A stretch of DNA of 64,000 nt from an uncultured Ruminococcus sp. (GTDB taxonomy: Bacteria; Actinomycetota; Coriobacteriia; Coriobacteriales; Coriobacteriaceae): positions 45,259 to 109,258 of the forward strand of contig CAVCRP010000002.1 of NCBI GenBank assembly GCA_963604655.1, read 5' to 3'. Below the pieces are notes generated by a model. It did not search any database. It was not told the DNA's origin and saw only the letters and a list, made by a program, of their open reading frames with translations. Shown here in pieces: positions 62,192 to 64,000 of the stretch. Every line of letters begins with the position of its first letter. Position 1 is the first letter of the stretch. A program made the translations under genes and the position numbers.

Positions 62192-63041
62192 ATTTGAGTT
62201 CAACAAGGGCAAGATGGTCCCGTATCCTTCTGGCGCCATCGTTCCCGACCGCGACCTGGGCGAGCGCCCGGCACTCGAGTGCATCCACCTGGGAATTGAG
62301 TTCGGTGGCCTTAAGGCAGTCGACGACTTTAGCCTGACTATCGGCAAGACCGAGATCGCCGGTCTCATCGGTCCCAACGGTGCCGGTAAGACCACGGTCT
62401 TCAACCTGCTCACCAAGGTGTATCAGCCCACGCACGGCACCATCCTACTTGACGGCGAGGACACCTCGGGCAAGTCGGTCTATCAGGTCAACCGTATGGG
62501 CATCGCCCGTACCTTCCAGAACATCCGCCTGTTCAACACCATGACGGTGGAGGACAACGTCAAGGTCGGTTTGCACAATCAGGAGCGCTACTCCGGTTTT
62601 GAGGGCGTGCTGCGCCTGCCGACGTATTGGAAGCACGAGAAGGCCGCCCACGAGCGCGCCATGGAGCTGCTGTCCATTTTTGACATGGAGCACCTGGCAA
62701 ATGAGCAGGCCGGCTCGCTGCCTTACGGCGCTCAACGTCGTCTGGAGATCGTCCGCGCGCTTGCCACCAACCCCAAGCTGCTGTTGCTCGACGAGCCTGC
62801 CGCCGGCATGAACCCGTCCGAGACCGCGGAGCTCATGGAGAACATCGTCAAGATCCGCGACACCTTCGGCATCGCCATCATGCTTATCGAGCATGATATG
62901 TCGCTCGTTATGAACATCTGCGAGGGCATCTGCGTGCTTAACTTTGGCAAGGTTATCGCCAAGGGTACGGCCGAGGAGATCCAGAACAACGATGCCGTTA
63001 TCGAGGCATATCTGGGCAAGCAGGATAAGGGGGAGAACTAA
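62181..63041 (+). CDS. livG: branched-chain amino acid ABC transporter ATP-binding protein
   Basis: GPNGAGKTT (Walker A), LPYGAQRRLEIVRAL (signature-like) and LLLLDEPAAG (Walker B). ATG at 62181 follows AAGGAGG. Confidence 0.9.
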   Translation: MPSKFEFNKGKMVPYPSGAIVPDRDLGERPALECIHLGIEFGGLKAVDDFSLTIGKTEIAGLIGPNGAGKTTVFNLLTKVYQPTHGTILLDGEDTSGKSVYQVNRMGIARTFQNIRLFNTMTVEDNVKVGLHNQERYSGFEGVLRLPTYWKHEKAAHERAMELLSIFDMEHLANEQAGSLPYGAQRRLEIVRALATNPKLLLLDEPAAGMNPSETAELMENIVKIRDTFGIAIMLIEHDMSLVMNICEGICVLNFGKVIAKGTAEEIQNNDAVIEAYLGKQDKGEN

Positions 63042-63755
63042 ATGGCAGAGCCGATGCTTTCCGTCTACAACATCAACGTCTGGTACGGCGCCATCCACGC
63101 CATCAAGGACATCTCCTTTAACGTTAACGAGGGCGAGATCGTGGCTCTGATCGGCGCGAACGGCGCTGGCAAGTCCACAACGCTCAAGACCGTCTCGGGC
63201 CTGCTGCGCTCCAAGACCGGCTCCATCAAGTTTATGGGCGAGGACATTACCCATACGCCTGCCGATAAACTGGTGGGCAAGGGCCTGGCCCAGGTTCCCG
63301 AGGGCCGTCGCGCCTTTTTGCAGATGACGGTCGAGGAGAACCTGGAGATGGGCGCCTACACGCAGCCCAAGTCCACGGTGGCTCCGGGCCTTGAGCGCGT
63401 CTACGAGCAGTTCCCGCGCCTTAAGGAGCGCCGTCGCCAGGTCGCCGGCACCCTTTCGGGCGGCGAACAGCAGATGCTCGTTATGGGGCGCGCCCTTATG
63501 AGCAACCCCAAGCTGCTCATGCTCGATGAGCCTTCCATGGGTCTGGCGCCGATTCTGATTGAGCAGATCTTCCAGATTGTCGAGGACCTGCACAAGGCCG
63601 GTACCACGGTGCTTCTGGTCGAGCAGAACGCCCAGATGGCGCTTTCAATCGCCACGCGCGGCTACGTGCTCGAGACCGGCAAGATCACCATGACCGGCAC
63701 CGGCCAAGAGCTCCTGCACGACGACAACGTCCGCAAGGCTTACCTGGGCGGCTAG
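63042..63755 (+). CDS. livF: branched-chain amino acid ABC transporter ATP-binding protein
   Basis: GANGAGKST, LSGGEQQMLVMGRAL and LLMLDEPSMGLAP. The ATG abuts the livG stop. Confidence 0.9.
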   Translation: MAEPMLSVYNINVWYGAIHAIKDISFNVNEGEIVALIGANGAGKSTTLKTVSGLLRSKTGSIKFMGEDITHTPADKLVGKGLAQVPEGRRAFLQMTVEENLEMGAYTQPKSTVAPGLERVYEQFPRLKERRRQVAGTLSGGEQQMLVMGRALMSNPKLLMLDEPSMGLAPILIEQIFQIVEDLHKAGTTVLLVEQNAQMALSIATRGYVLETGKITMTGTGQELLHDDNVRKAYLGG

Positions 63756-63789
63756 GGACTTCCGCCGTTCTGCCGAACGGCGGACCGGC

Positions 63790-64000
63790 CGACGCTGCGC
63801 GGGCGCCCTGATCGACGTGCCGAAGCTCCTCACCCTTGGGGCTATGCCGCGGTACGAGGCCAGGTGGTCATGGTCCGGGAACCTCGCGATGTCGAATGAC
63901 ACCGCGAGGTTCGCCGCCGTCCTCGGCGGCCTCGACCCCCGAGTGGGCGATCCCCACGCGCTAACGCCTGCAAACAAGGGGATTGCCAAGACGCCGCCGG
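63790..64000 (-). pseudogene. IS110-family transposase C-terminal fragment (relic; continues beyond window edge)
   Basis: The minus-strand frame is open to the window edge. ...FDIARFPDHDHLASYRGIAPRVRSFGTSIRA... matches the IS110 block ..gDisRFps..hLasYaGLaP..rqSGtSirG. The downstream part of the family is missing and the frame runs into livF. Confidence 0.4.

Noticed and set aside
60197-62416. 739-aa minus-strand ORF
   Set aside because: It is antisense to livH, livM and livG, with His/Asp/Gly-rich low complexity and no SD or family signal.
63645-63989. 114-aa minus-strand ORF as an intact gene
   Set aside because: Its 3' third overlaps livF antisense, and only the segment upstream of ~63790 shows IS110 similarity. 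I treat it as a truncated relic, not a functional CDS.

Overview
This is a high-GC, densely coding bacterial chromosome segment with about 55 protein genes. I recognised no rRNA, tRNA or CRISPR array. The gene content includes pdxST with divergent pdxR, a reverse rubrerythrin, an FAD-oxidase with EtfBA, a choloylglycine-hydrolase family fragment, Tat-lipoprotein Liv binding proteins and a DUF3516 SftH-type helicase. This suggests an anaerobic Actinomycetota, possibly a Coriobacteriia-like gut organism, but that is inference only. Most of the window is housekeeping or transport: kup, def-like, pdxST, purL, hom, livHMGF plus two binding proteins, azlCD, kdgT, trmB and Elp3. Several accessory islets interrupt this backbone. 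(1) 27973-33605 holds a TerB-N/TerB-C protein, a DUF2791/BrxCD-like ATPase and an Lhr-like helicase, the domain trio and order of the Shango anti-phage system. (2) 52800-54892 holds a class II Fic gene bracketed by ~320-bp direct repeats, each built from alternating inverted GGGA-N7-TCCC 15-mers. (3) 34528-37734 is a five-gene operon of secreted or anchored hypothetical proteins, including a WxL-like protein and an LAQTD-anchored mini-protein. (4) 15118-18469 holds a 27-codon hydrophobic toxin-like ORF followed by HIRAN, an acidic miniprotein, a metallophosphoesterase and DUF2130. (5) 7152-8448 holds an acidic/MarR-like/RGG-repeat protein followed by ~380 nt of stacked near-perfect hairpins. 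Other points are an XRE-HTH::AlaA aminotransferase fusion with an internal SD+ATG and upstream AAATTGAAC operators, a bacterial Elp3 coupled to a spermidine-synthase-fold protein, and an IS110 relic at the right edge. All coordinates of hairpins and motifs were counted by hand and may be off by 1-2 nt. Family assignments rest on remembered motifs, not on searches.
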